Origin: Lama glama
Lineage: Eukaryota
Direction: 5' to 3'
DNA length: 64,000 nt
Assembly: GCA_028534125.1 (NCBI GenBank)
Contig: CM052816.1
Coordinates: forward strand, 11,844,001 to 11,908,000
Shown: one piece after another, positions 24,851 to 37,792 of the stretch
Numbering within the stretch: the stretch's first letter is position 1
How the letters are laid out: the number at the start of each line of letters is the position of its first letter
The notes under the pieces: generated by a model
The model's database searches: none
What the model saw: only the letters and a program-made list of their open reading frames with translations
Told to the model about the DNA's origin: nothing
Made by a program: the position numbers and the translations under genes

Positions 24851-26399
24851 ACACTGGCCATTTTAGCTGAGTTAACATTTTGAGCCAAGTCAAATGTCTA
24901 ATTGTATTATAGACATAAGTCTACCCTCAAAGCTGCAGAGGCAGTGAGAAACAAAAAGTCAGTATGTTTGTTTTTCTCATTTTTCTCTTTCCAGATTATG
25001 CTACAGTTATTCTAAATGATAATATCTTTTTGTTTTCTATTCACAATGGCCAAAGAGCAAGGCAGATTTTCTCCAGCCTTGCTCTTTCAGCACCACTCAC
25101 TAGCAAAACAGGCAAAATCAAGTAGAGAAATATTGTGACAAGCATGGGGAAAGGTGTATGTTTTGTGTGAATTCTCTGGGTATGAATTACTCTCTTTATG
25201 GTAACCTGGTTCCCAAAGTCACTGGTCAGCACTTGGCTTCTCTTGTTCATGTAGACAGAACTGTTGAGTCCTGATGGGTTTTGATAGGTGGCAACTGCAG
25301 GCAGGCTGTGCCAAGTGCAGGTAGCATAAGGAGCCCTTAGGAAAACTACTTCCTTCCTAAAAATACGAGGAGACATTGCAACTTAAATCCAATCCAGCAT
25401 GTAACCAGAGTAAATGGAACAGGAGAATAAAATGTATTTTATTCACAATGAACTGCGACTGCACATAAAAGAATATTTTAAATATCTGAATGGTTAAAAA
25501 TGGATTATATTTCCCTTTGGGAAAGGAAGCAGCCAAAGGGATAGGGCTGATGAACTGAGCTTATTAAATTGGCTTTCAGCAGTGATGAAAATGGTATTGA
25601 CAAAAAGGCAGTGGTACATATTTCACACACATTTGCAGGGGAAATGAACATAAAGAATCACCCCGTTGGAAGTTGAGATGCTTTATATGCTGATGCCTGG
25701 ACTCTGGTGGCATGCTTATCATCCAGAGTGGAGTTCAGCTTTGAGAAACCAAAGTAATTTTATGAATAAACACCTTTAATCATTGGTGGGGCTGATTTCC
25801 AACGTGAGACAATCCTGCATGGCTGGAGAAAGGATTCAGAAAGAGCGCTGGTGGATACCACTTGCTTCAGCTGACATCATCAGGGAAACTCCAGCCCTTT
25901 TAGTCTAATGCCAAGGAATCCCTGAGCACTGAGATAGAATTCATGGCATATGAAGGCACGCCATTAACCCTGTTCTCAGAAACCCTACTTTTTCAAGACT
26001 TTGCTGTAGAATATTTGCAAGGGTAGATGATGAGTCATCTTACCATTCTTTACGTATCCCCCCCTTTGATTTAAACATAAATTGCAGGGAATTGCTGCCT
26101 TCATTGGCAAAATAAAGCTCAGATCCTGAAAATTTTAGCAAAGAAAGGCAATTCTGTGTGTGGACGATGGTGGCTGGAAAGGACAGTTATGCTTCAGTTC
26201 CTGAAATCTTCATTCCTTTGCGCTATCATCCTTAATAAGGGAGTCATCACCATGCTGGCCTTTTGGAAATGTGGATACGCCTCTAATGCTTTAACATGAA
26301 AAAATAATCCTTCCCTTGTGTCCTGGAAGCCCAGTTGAGACTTGACAGGAACTCTGCATGATATTTACTAAGTGTTTGGAGGTTATATGTATATATACA

Positions 26400-26520
26400 C
26401 GGCCTCGGTTTTTCCATCTGTAAGGTGGAATAACAAAGGATGGCTAAGAGTCCCCAATCTTTACAGTGTCTGACATCTAATAGGCTTTCAGCAAATGTTG
26501 GCTGCTGTGGTTATTATTGC
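26400..26520 (+). mobile_element. MIR fragment
   Basis: gcctcggtttttccatctgtaaggtgga...cagcaaatgttggctgct. Confidence 0.6.
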
Positions 26521-26599
26521 AATGAGATCTGTAGATCTAGAATTTGATAATCTGTGTATCAGTCACGATCTAAATAGGAACAGAGAAATCACTTTTAGA

Positions 26600-27085
26600 A
26601 TTTTTAAGAGATGAGATTTAATGTAGGCATTGGCTACCCAGGTAAAGGGTTTGCTGAGGGTCCAGCATGTCACAATGAGGTACCCTTCAGAGGGGCACCA
26701 GCAGGAGAACAAGGCCATTCCTGGGATGCTGGGACGGAGAGGGTGGGTGTTGCTACTGGAGCCCAGGGACGAGAGAAGTATGAAGTTCCCTGAGAGAAGT
26801 ATGAACCTCAAAAGAGTTTTCTGGACTGAACTGGTGTCACAGAGGAGATTTAGCCTGCTGGGGAGGGTATTCAATGACCAGAGAGGAGAGAATACCCTGC
26901 TCCTGCCTTTCCCTTCATCCTCCAATCTCTCCCCAGTTCCTCTATTGTTCAGACCCAGTCATAAGCCAAATGACTTGGTAGCCTGATAAGCAAAACATTT
27001 CAGGGGTCAACTGTCCCCAACCCTCCATCCCAGAGAAGGTCAGGATAAGACTAAGGAAAGAATGTGAGGGCAAAGAGGCCCAGGA
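26600..27085 (-). mobile_element. ERVL/MaLR solo LTR (LTR41-like)
   Basis: cctccaatctctccccagttcctctattg...cagacccagtcataagcca...ggtcaac...gagggcaaag. The subfamily call is uncertain. Confidence 0.5.
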
Positions 27086-27717
27086 AAAGCACAAACTGAC
27101 TTGTAAGGTAAGGTGTTCTCAGGGTTCACAGGCTCCCCTGAATCACCAGCTTCCTCACTGCTAGATGTTTTCCATCGTAGGAGTCATTTTAAAACCCACC
27201 ACTCGGGCATAACCTTTTCTGCACGTGAGTAATGTCTTATCTAACTTATACTCAGCTTCTACATTCAGTGGGTTCTGAAAAAATGTTGCTGAACTGAACT
27301 AATGCCCTCGAAGACTGTTGTCAGGACCCAATGGGATGACTATCTGAAAGCACGTTTTAAACTGGAGAAATGCAAGGAATTGTCTTGAGTCCATGCTGGG
27401 CCCCCAGTTGTGTATTAATGAACTCTGACACTGTGTCTACTACACTCACTTTTAAATTACTGGTCTTCCAACTAGGAACCATTTCCTTCTATCACTCTCA
27501 GCCATGGAATAGATTCCCAAAGGGCAAGAGAGATCCTGGTGGGATCTGATTTCTTCTTAGATAGAATGATCTTTTAGAAATGTGATGATGAGTGAGAGCA
27601 AGACTGTATTTGTTAAAGTTAAACAGAATTGTGGTAAATGAGGGGGAAAGGCCTAAATGAGACATCATTTACATGCAAACACATTTTCAATGAAGGAGCA
27701 AACTTTGTTGGTGATTT

Positions 27718-27902
27718 ATTTTTTTATTGAAGTCTAGTTGATTTACAATGTAGTGTTAGTTTCTGGTGTACAGCATAGTGATTTGGTTACATGTATATAT
27801 ATCTTTTTATATCTGTATATATCTTTTTCATATTCTTTCATTATAGGTTATTACAAGTTATTGAATATAGTTGCCTGTGCTCTACGGTTGGACTTTGCTG
27901 TA
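27718..27902 (-). mobile_element. Short artiodactyl-type L1 3' end with 12-bp TSD
   Basis: ttttttattgaagtctagttgatttacaatgt...tttctggtgtacagcatagtgatt; perfect TSD tgttggtgattt at 27706-27717 and 27903-27914. Confidence 0.9.
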
Positions 27903-28247
27903 TGTTGGTGATTTTGATGGAAGTTCTCCTTTAATATGAAATGACTTTTGGAACTGAGACACGGTGTTTTGTTAGCTCTGTTTCCCTAGTAGAAGTGCAC
28001 CCAGCTCCAAGGAGTAGCCCTAACTCTCAGACCTAGGTCTAATGCTCCGGTAAACAGCAAATCTATTGTGAAAACTTCAGGCAGGTTATAGGAATTGTTC
28101 TTGTCCTTTTATTTTCAGCCTTATTTCTAGCCTGTCTAGTAAACTTTTAATATTAGTTCCACCTCAGGTTTCCATTCCTTACACATTGGGAGTGGAGGAA
28201 AGAGGCAGAGATTTTAGCTATATGATGCATGTTTAGGGGATTGACAC

Positions 28248-28800
28248 AGTGATGTGATGGTAAATATTTAACAGTTGGGTCTCCAAGTTTAATTCCAACA
28301 TGAATATTAGTTGTTACTTTTGTTCATGTTAATGAGTACAATCAAAGAAAACAAGAAAGATGTATGTCAGAGTGTCACTAGTTAGTCAACGACATGAACT
28401 ACTTCTTTGATTCAGGTAATAATTTTGAATACTGGAAGGAGTTTTTTGTGTGCTATTTATAATTTCAAAATTACAGCAAAAATTTACATTTAATCTACAG
28501 TACTAACTTTTTCTCCACTTTGTTTAATCTGGACAGTAAAGGAAACAAAACAAAAACCAGTAACCAGGCTCTAATTTGTAGTGTTTGCTGGTTCCTGTGG
28601 TGCAAATACTTTTGACCATGGCCCATTTCAAGCTGTAAACATGAGATTATTGAATGTGGAGTTGTGAAGAGAAACAATAGCACACCATTATACAGTGGTT
28701 TCACCATATACACACAAGAGAGGTAAACACCCTCAAGGGCACAGATGATAGTAAATGAAGTAAAATAATTAGGAAATTATGAGTTTTGAGTATTTAGTTT
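28248..28800 (-). mobile_element. hAT-Blackjack DNA transposon fossil (MER63-like)
   Basis: Terminus cagtgatgtgatggtaaatatttaacag; internal atttgtagtgtttgc...accatggcccatttcaagct and aataattaggaa...atgagttttgagtattta. Confidence 0.75.
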
Positions 28801-28940
28801 TAACGGTTTTATTGAGGTGTAACTGACATATAAACATATTTAAGGCATACAACTTGATGTGTTGATACATATTATGAAATGATCAGCACAATCAAGCTAA
28901 TGAACATATCCATTACCTCCACGTGGTTACCATTTTCAGT
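28801..28940 (-). mobile_element. L1MA/L1MB 3' end
   Basis: ttttattgaggtgtaactgacata...atatttaaggcatacaacttgatg...acaatcaagctaatgaacatatccattacctc. Confidence 0.75.
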
Positions 28941-29654
28941 GTCCTCCATGCCTTGTGTAGATTCAGCCTAGCATTCCATGTAAAATGTGCCACCCTCTAT
29001 TTAATGTTTCTGATGGACATGTAGGTTATTGACAGAATTTCCATTTTGTCAACCGTATTTGAAACTGCTCCTTGCTGCATGTGTGTGAGGATGTGCATTT
29101 CCAGAAAGAATGTCTGACTGGTAGGATGGCTGCACAAAAAACAAAAAAGACAGGAACAAGCAAACTTCAGGACTTTCAGGTCAACCAGTTGTAGACAGAA
29201 AAAAACCTAAAGAAAGTGAAACTAAAATGTTTATAATTCTCCACTTTATATACAAGACAGTTGGAAATTATTATTCCTCATTAGATGCATTCAGATGCAG
29301 AAATACAGATTTAAGAATGATTATAGGCTACATTGATTAATAAATGGGAAGATTTAATATAGTTATAATATTCTAAATGTATTTGTCTTTCAAGATCAAA
29401 GAAAACAAATTATAAGTCCTATAGTAAAAATTACAATAAAAAAACCTCAGCAAAGTATAAAATTGAGAATCAAACAGCAAGATAAGAGATGGTAAAGAAT
29501 GACTAAAAAAGCAATATGAGTAAATTATATAAATTTATCCCAATAAAAGTTAATATCTCTGATACAAATAAAATGCAAATTCACAATGTTAATGCTTTTA
29601 GGTGCCATAATAATATTATGTATGAAACTTGTTCTTAATTTTTAATGACTAGGA

Positions 29655-29815
29655 ATGATATGGCAACTTACTTTGAAATGATACAGAAAAAAATTAAAAC
29701 TATATGGCAAAATCTTAATCATTGTTGAATCTATGTGGTAAATGTAAGTTTACTGTATTATTCTTTATACTCTTCTGTATTTCTGAAAATTTTAATAATA
29801 AAAAGTTAGAAAAAT
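29655..29815 (+). mobile_element. L1ME 3' end
   Basis: tatggcaaaatcttaatcattgttgaatct...tattattctttatactcttctgtatttctgaaaattttaataataaaaag. Confidence 0.7.
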
Positions 29816-30029
29816 CAAATACCCCTTAAAACTTCCTTGAGTCTTTGCTACTTTCTTGAAAATTTTTCAGTTGTATTAATTTTGTAGTTGATAACACTAT
29901 CCTCCTAAAGTGAATAAATAACTCTGAGTTGTCTCCAGTAGAGGAAAAGGAGATTTTGCCCTTTCCATTTTTCCTTCTTGCAAATTAGAAAAATAAAAAC
30001 TATTAGTGGAGGAGAGTAGGCAGATCCGT

Positions 30030-30275
30030 TATCAATAGAATGTAGCTGAGTGGTTTGTGTGCAGGAGGTGGGGATGTGGAGGAAAGTGGGTTAGGGAGAA
30101 ATGCAGAGAGAATGCTAATGGGTAGGGAGTCTTCTTTTTGGAGTGATGAAATGTTCTCAAGTCGATCGTGGTGATGGTTGTACAACTGTGGACATGCTAA
30201 AAACCATTAAATCGTACACTTTAAATGGGGGGATTGTATGGTATGTGAATTGTATGTAAATAAGGCATTAAAAAA
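30030..30275 (+). mobile_element. L1MB 3' end
   Basis: tgctaatgggtaggg...tttttggagtgatgaaatgttctc...gtggtgatggttgtacaactgtg...gtatgtgaattgtat...aataag. Confidence 0.85.
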
Positions 30276-31489
30276 TGCCTCATTTAAAAGTCATTAAACA
30301 ACCAAATGAACCAAATTGAACACTGCTACTTACATGAAATATACAAAAGTGAAAGACAGAGTGAGGCTAAGAATGAAAGGCTAGGCAGAGAGTCACAGCA
30401 TGCTCTTCGATCCTGCGAAAGACAAGGGGGTTCGCTCCCAGCACTGTTGCTTAGTGGAGTTGTGTTCTCAGCTGAGTCACTATTTTGGCCTCTCCCTTCC
30501 CTTATCCATGACAAAGGTCTCATGATTCCTGCCTGTTTTAAATAAATACCCTTAACTATAAAATGATACGATATAATTTAAAGTGCTTTGGTAAAGTGTA
30601 CAGTGCCTTACAGTGTATTCTAATTACTTATGGCCAAGGTCTTCAAGCTCTCAGTGGCAAGGCAGACACTTTGAAATGACCATCGGAAGAAGAGTCTAGG
30701 GCACTAGTGGCTTTTGATATTTCTGATTCCCCTACCTACTAAAAACTGGAAGCCATCCCAGAGAATTTGTTCAATTTTATTTCTTTAAGCTATTAAACTA
30801 CACCCTTGTACTTAGACAAACCATTTGACCTTTCTCAGTTTTTAAGCTATGAAGCTAGCTCAGTAAGGCAATGCTGTGACTCTTTGAGGGAGTGAGAAGT
30901 GGGAGAGAAACAAGCTGAATACTCCTCCGCACGTCCAGGCTGTTGCTTAGCCATAGAGTCACGCCACCTTCTATTGAAGTGAAAAGACATACTCTCTGCC
31001 ACCATTCCAAATAAGCCACCTTCCAACACTGCCTCACGGGATTCCACAACAGCCAGTGTAGCTTGGCTGAACAGAGCAAAAAGGCTATTGTTTGAGAACA
31101 GATGCAGGAGGAGATGTTGCCAAATTGTGCATTCCAAGGTGAGCAGGTTTTCGCAAATGGAGCGTTAATCACAGTTCTCTGACAATATCAATTATGGAAG
31201 CAGACCCAGAACAAACCTGCAAATAAGAAGAGTCCTTTCTTTCTCTTTCAAATTAAGAATGCAAGCATACTGGAAAGGCAAAGGAAAACAGATTTGCTGG
31301 AAGATCGACATCTCTGACAGAAAAAACTTCATGTAAATTTTTTTTAATAATTAGAATAATTAGAACAAAATTTTAATCTTTTTTTTTACTAGATGAGTAT
31401 ATAGCAGAAATGCCTTTAAATATGTATTGCATTCATTTCTTGCTATATTATATATATTTGTTTCATGGCATTAGCTAGAAGTTTGTTAC

Positions 31490-31650
31490 CTAAAATGAGG
31501 TTCTATAGGCTGGTAACACCAGAATTACTTGAGAGCTTGTTAAAAAAAAAAATACAGACTCGCAGTTCCTTTTCAGAGCTATTAAGTTAGAATCTCCATT
31601 TTACTCAGGAGATCTGTATGGACATTAACGTGTGAAAAACACTAGAATAT
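31490..31650. mobile_element. hAT-Charlie MITE (MER5-like)
   Basis: cagaattacttgagagcttgttaaaaa...atacagact...agaatctc...tgaaaaacact. Confidence 0.55.
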
Positions 31651-31779
31651 AAGCTTCTGGAGAGCAGGCACGGCACATCTTTCTGTGTTCTGTATCATCA
31701 AACACCTGGGTTAAAGGGAGTCATTCAGCATGCTGGGCTGCCTTTCCTGATCAGTCTATTTAACTCTGCATATAGCAGA

Positions 31780-32360
31780 ATTTGTGTTACTGCTTAGGGA
31801 AGTTCATGTGGCAGGGAAAGTATTACGTGTTCGCTGGTAAATAGAATATAAAAAAACATTTCCCAGCTACCCTTGCAAAAGTCAAGGGCATGGCCCAAGT
31901 ACTGGCCAGTGGGGGAGAGCAATGGATGAAACATGTGGCCATCTATGCATCCCTCTGGACTGACTACATAATCTGTGGGGCCCAGTGAAGAATGAAACTG
32001 AGGCCTCTTATTCAAAAATTAAACTTTCGAGTGGCCTCAGCAGAGCCTTAAACCAGATATAAGCCCTTCTGAGTGGAGAGGCAGAGTGGGGGCTGTGCTC
32101 TTGCACAGGCTGCATGCCGTGGAGCCCCTGCAGCCCTTCTCTGGCCTTGGAAGCTCCTGACATATGGTGTGAGATTATGGCATTATAAGAGGCTAGAGTC
32201 TCCGTGAGCCTGTATCCCTGAGTGACCATGGGGAGCAGAGACCCTGCCGACACTTTCTGGACATACTGTGAATGAGAAACAAACTTTAGCTTCTGCACAT
32301 CACCGCGATTTCAGAGTTAATTTGTCACTGCCTCATGGTTTGGCCCATTTTGACTTATAC
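31780..32360 (+). mobile_element. MaLR solo LTR (MLT1-type) interrupted by MER45A
   Basis: tttcccagctacccttgca...gcatggcccaagtactggccagtgg, then tccctgagtgaccatggggagcagaga...tgaatgagaaacaaacttt...tttgtcactgc. Confidence 0.7.
31955..32130 (-). mobile_element. hAT-Tip100 MITE (MER45A-like)
   Basis: gactacataatctgtggggcccagtgaagaatgaaa...ttcaaaaatt...cagcagagccttaaacca...cccttct...tgcacaggctgcatgcc; degenerate TSD catccct / cagccct. Confidence 0.8.
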
Positions 32361-33199
32361 ACCGGAGTCGTTGCCCATCACAGATGAATTGGATTGAGAG
32401 GAAGAGGTTACAACTTGGAGACTGAGGGGGTAAAGTTTGGAAGGATTGGCATGGAGAAAAGAATTAGAATGTCCAGACTTGTAATAGAAAAATATTCAAG
32501 GGAGGATTGGAACATTTATTTAGAGTTGGAGGAAGAGAGAAAGAGAGGGGAAAGGAGCTTTTCGTCTGATGCCTTTCTTTCTTTCTTAGTGACTGTGGAA
32601 GAAAAGTTACCTTGAAATCATGGGGAAGGAGGTTCAGAATTTATGAAGATGCATTTTGAAATAACTACTGCTGGAAACTTCTTAGGAAGCGAGCAGGAGA
32701 TGAGTAAAAGGATGTGTCAGAAAAGATCAAGATGACTGTAGCCTTCGGGGAGAGGGTGAAAAAAACCCCATAGGTGGAGCTAGAGAGGACAGAAGGAAGG
32801 GCTGTCCCAGCATCAGGAGTCAGAAAGTGTAGTTTGAGTTAAATTTTAGAGTATCTATCGCCTCTGTAGTTAGCAATTGATTGCTCCATTAATATAAATC
32901 ACAACCATTTTGACAGTTTCGAATAGGTCTGCAGAATCACATATGGTGATTGTCACTTGGATAAGAGCATCTGGACACTCAAAAGGCTTCCAAATGTGGC
33001 ATTTTCTTTGGTAAAACTACCACAGAGCGGATAATGATTGTTACCCCTGTGAACTGGGAAGCTGATATCATAAGGAAAAATGCAAATGTCACGCAGACTC
33101 AGCTAGAGTCACCACATTATCTTCTTCCACCCAAACTAAAGAGGAAGCCTATTTAAAACTGGATTGCTGACGGATTAAACTTCCTCCAAATAAATAACG

Positions 33200-33420
33200 G
33201 TAATTATAAACACTTACTAAATGCTCGCTATGTGCAGTACTCACAGGTACTCTTCTGAATGTTTTATATGTATGCTTTTAATTCTCACAATAAGCCTAAA
33301 GGCAAGAAGCTATTATAATCTCTGTATCTTCCCGATGAGTACACTGAGGCAAAGGAAGGCTGGGTCATCTATCCAAGGCTACATGAACAGGAGTGGCTGA
33401 GCTGTGATTTGAACTGTTTG
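33200..33420 (-). mobile_element. MIR SINE
   Basis: acttactaaatgctcgctatgtgc...ttaattctcacaataa...gatgagtacactgaggc...gtggctgagctgtgatttgaac. Confidence 0.75.
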
Positions 33421-33574
33421 TCAATGCTGTGGTTTTGGGATTGAGAAGCAGTCTAGTATCATCTCATTGGTTTAAAAAAAAAAAAAAAGACATCACTCCA
33501 GTTGGCCTGGGCAGCCAGCCTTTCCCTTAGGCAAGCTGCAAGGGAAGCTGTTTCCTTACACGGCTGCTTGGAGA

Positions 33575-33825
33575 GGCAGGAGAGTTTCACGATTAAGAGC
33601 CTGGGTGCTGGAGTCCTGCTTCTTGGGGTCATATCTTTGTTCCACATTCTTGATAGTCATGTGATTCGGGCAAATTACTAGACCTTTTGTTTGTTCCCTG
33701 AGCTATAATATGTGGAGCCCACAGAGTAGCTATAAAGATTAGGTGACAGGATAGCCTAAGTGAAAAGAGAGGAAGATGGAGCCTAGTACTGGACATATTA
33801 AGAACTCAGTCAATGTTAGCTACTT
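33575..33825 (+). mobile_element. MIR SINE
   Basis: gattaagagcctgggtgctggagtc...gtgattcgggcaaattact...aactcagtcaatgttagcta. Confidence 0.7.
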
Positions 33826-34852
33826 TCACTAGTGAGCGTGGAACCAGATCAGAGGTAATTATTGAATTATTTTATTAGGCTTATCTCATTCCATTGTCAG
33901 CAAACCCTCTTTAAACACTCAATGCAACTGGTTTCCAAAGTCACAAGGACTGCTTTTTGTCAGCAGGGCAAAGTTCTAACTCTTTAACTTAGCTGTTAAA
34001 TCCTTCTCCGGTTCTGCACCATCCCCCCCCCCTTCCCCCGTCCTTAGCTTTTGCTATTCTCCAACATGAACACTTCAATCCAGACCCTCAAAGAAGCCCC
34101 GTGCTTTTGCTCATGTCGTTTTTCTTTTCATCCTTCAGATCTAGCTTGGATCTCACCTCTCTGTGAACTCTGCTAGGAACACCCTGTTCTATAGTAATGC
34201 CTTTTCCCTTCTGAGCTTTAAGAACATCAATCTCTGCTAATATTCCTTGTGTTGATTAGTTCTTAGTTTTTTTTTTCTCTTCTCCATGTTTGCTTACAAA
34301 TGCATAGGAGAGAGAAAGCCCCAGGCATCAAACGCTACATTTTAATGCTACTGATTAAGCCCTATTATTTGACATGACCACTTTGAGGTAGAGATATTTT
34401 AATGTGTCAAAGTGTAAGAACGATTTCTAATAATCCAGTTTTAGATACAAAAGAGATCTCAGACCTTTACTTCATCCCTGCTGCCTGAGACATTATGGAG
34501 CCCTATTCCATCCTCTGAGTAGAGTCAGTGATGGGGTGGTGCCCAGGGAATTTCTGTTAGGATCCTTAATTTAGATAAAGTAAAAAAAATTATTTGATGG
34601 CATCAAAATGTCCTTGTGATCAACATGGCTTTGTCATACTGACAGTGCCTTTCAGAAAGTGTTCACATCCTCTTTGAATCTTTAGATGCCACCCATTTTT
34701 AAAATTCTTTCTAGAAGCTATGTGTCAGTGTCCACTATGTTAAGGCTCCGCTGGAAGTGGTATAATTAATAAATGCTTAATAAATGTTTGCTGAAATAAG
34801 AATACATTGTCTTAGACAAAGGAATACCTTCCAACTCCTTAACTAAAAATAC

Positions 34853-34912
34853 CTCTATCTACAAATCTATCTGCCTACCTATCTACCTATGTATCACCTG
34901 TCCATTTATCTA
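34853..34912 (+). repeat. Degenerate (TATC/TACC)n microsatellite
   Basis: ctatctacaaatctatctgcctacctatctacctatgtatc...atttatcta. Confidence 0.6.
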
Positions 34913-36505
34913 GGTAGCTATGTAGATGCATGGGTCTATATGATGACAGAGTAATCAGCATTAATTTGTGAGAACACTCTTGAATCAGCGTGCCTACAGT
35001 ACCTTGCAGTATAGTTGGAAGAAATTCAACTTGGAATAATAGTGTGTGAAAATTGAAAAGTAAGCATAAGCAATAAAAATGTTTTTAAAAAATCACATTA
35101 CAAAAAAGGAAGGCAATTGACCATTACAGCAGGGGAGATTGATGATTCTTACTGCAGCTTAAATCTCTGTCGATTAGCACATCTGTTTTCCTCCTAGAGA
35201 TATGTTTGTTAGCACTAAATCACAGAGCCATCCATACAGACAGGATATATATGTACACATCCTGGAACTGCCAGGCATTCAGGGTCTATGCTTGTCTCAG
35301 AGAATAATGGGTATGAGAGGTAGGGGCCATCAGTCATCTTGAGGCCCCCAGTGCCTCTCTCAGTCTGATAATGGCTCATGCCTGTTGGGTAGAGTAGTTA
35401 GTGGTGGCTTTTATGGTGAAATTTATTACTGTTGTCTCCCTGCAAAAGACCCCTCTTTTCCTGAGCTGCACTTCTCACTTTAATTGGACTGAACACACAC
35501 AGGGCGCAAGAGTAAGGGACGGTTAGGGGAAACGGTATGTTGAACAGGCTGAGAACATGGGACTCAGATCACCTCTGCCAGGAGGACTGGTAAATGATCA
35601 CACATAAATGATCAGGTCAAGGCTCTTATCAGAGTTTTGGGAAAAGCGCCAAAAGCAAATGAGATCTGAGGCGATCTCCTCTTTTTTCCAGCCTCAGTGG
35701 TCCTCTGGTTCTGATGGTCCAGTTCCTAAGACTCAAACATTCCCTGCTGAGGATGCATGAGCTACTGTTGGGTACCATTATCATACCATCTCTCTCGTCC
35801 ACAGCCCTCCACCCTGAACTGAAATGATGTGAGAACTCAACCTCAGGTGGCCATATTCCACATGGAGCTAGTGAACACTGATGCTGGGTGTAGGTGGAGT
35901 CAGTTGGGTAGGCGTGTTGCACACAGAGGACGGGGAGTCTCTGGATCGGGGGAGGGGGCGGTTTGACACATTGGAGGTAAGGTGGTAGTTTCCTTTTTGC
36001 AGAGTTTCAGAGCATCTTTAGCAAGTATATCAGCTTCAGTCTAAGTGTCTTCCTGTATTCACTTGGTCCCACCTACCCTTGAACCTTAGCTGCTTGGGCC
36101 ATTAGGAGACAGGCCACCAGCTCTCTGAGCTCCTATCAGGGTCAGGACTAGGCTATGTCTTGCCATTTATTGTACCTGCCTCATAGGAAGGTATGGAGGC
36201 TTCAGGACTCAGGACCATCCCAACCAGACCCAGGAAGCGGTGGCTCCTCACACTGCTTCAGCCTGAGATGAAGCATCACATCATGCCTCAGGCTGTGTAA
36301 TCTGGCTCCCCGTGGGCTGGCTGGAAGGACTAAACAACAGAAGATAAATAGCAGAAATAAAGGAAAGTGAATGCTCTGTGTGGCAATTTCTAATCGGGTC
36401 CGCTGTTAACAATTGCACAGCCTCGTAAGATTACTATGACCATATGCAAATATGTAAAAGTTAAGGACCCAATTAGCCAATTGTAAAATTAAAATAAGCT
36501 ACATA

Positions 36506-37792
36506 TCCCCATCTTACTCCACTCACAAAAATTAACTCGAAAAGAATTAAATGTAAGACATGAAACCATGCAACTCCTAGAAGAAAACATAGGAAAAAAG
36601 ATTCTCAACATCGGTTTTGGCAATGATATTTTGATTATAAAAAGTAAGAAGCAACAATAGCAAAAATAATCAAGTGGGAGTAAATCAAAGTAAAAAGCAG
36701 TCAACAAAGTGAAAAGACAGCCTAGGGAATGGGAAAAACAATTCTGCAAACCATATATCTGATAAGGGGTTAATATCCAAAATATATAAAGGACTCAAAG
36801 CACAAAACCAGATAACCCAATTAAAAAATGAGCAAAGACCTAAATTCATCCCCCTCAAAAAAATGATGGCCAATAGGTACATGAAAACATGCTTAACATC
36901 ATTAATCATCAGGGAAATGCAAACCAAAACCACAATGAGATCTCACCTCAGACCTGTTAGAGTGGCCATCATCAAAAAGACAAGAGATAACAAATGCTGG
37001 CAAGGATGTGAAGAAAACTGTTGTGCACTATTGTTGGAGTTGTAAACTAGTAGAGCCACTTTGGAGGATCCTCAAAAAATTAAAAATAGAACTACCATGT
37101 GATCAGCAATCCCACTTCTAGGAGTATATCCAAAGGAAAGAAAAACACTAACTCTGAAATATATCTGCATCTCAGTGTTCATAGCAGCATTATGTACAAT
37201 AGCCAAGGCATGAAAACAACCCAAGTGTCCACTGATGGATGAATAAATAAAGAAATTGTGGTGTATATATACACAATGGAATATTATTCAGCCATTAAAA
37301 ATGAAGAAATCCTGCTGTTTGGAAAAACATGGATGGAACTTGAGGGCATTATGCTAAGCAGAATAAGTCAGACAGAGAAAGACAAATAGTGTATTATCTC
37401 AATTCTATGTAGAATCTAAAACAAAAGTCAAACTGAGGTGAGATTGTGGTTATTAGAGGCAAGGGATGTGAAGAGGGTAAGTGGAGGAAGGTGGTCAAAA
37501 TGTTATAAATGTCGAGTTATAAATAAGTTGTTAGAAATGTAATGTATAACATGATGACTACAGTTAACACTGGTATATGGTATATATGAAAGCTATTAAC
37601 AGAGTAAACCTTAAGAGTTCTGGTCACAAGGGAAAAAATTCCTTTTTTGCATCTTTCTGAGATGATGAATGCTAAACTAAACTTACAGTGGTAATCATTT
37701 TACAGTATGTTCAAGTCAAACTATTATGCTGTGTAACTTAAACTTGTACAGCAATATATATCAATTACATATCTCAATAAAACTGGAAAAAA
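36506..37792 (+). mobile_element. L1 (L1MA-type) ORF2 C-terminus and 3' UTR
   Basis: caaaaattaactc...atgcaactcctagaagaaaacatagg...atcagggaaatgcaaaccaaaaccacaatgagatctcacctca...cagcaatcccacttctaggagtatatccaaagga...tctcaataaaactggaaaaaa. Confidence 0.95.

Noticed and set aside
29211..29224. ISRE/IRF-like GAAAGTGAAACT, with similar motifs at ~15640, ~22097 and ~44793
   Set aside because: Isolated short motifs in A-rich or repeat-like context, scattered without clustering; not distinguishable from background.
36685..37045. ORFs resembling database 'hypothetical proteins' (MVLVCISLMINDV..., MKTCLTSLIIREMQTKTTMRSHL...)
   Set aside because: Sense and antisense translations of a decayed L1 ORF2 C-terminus, not host genes.
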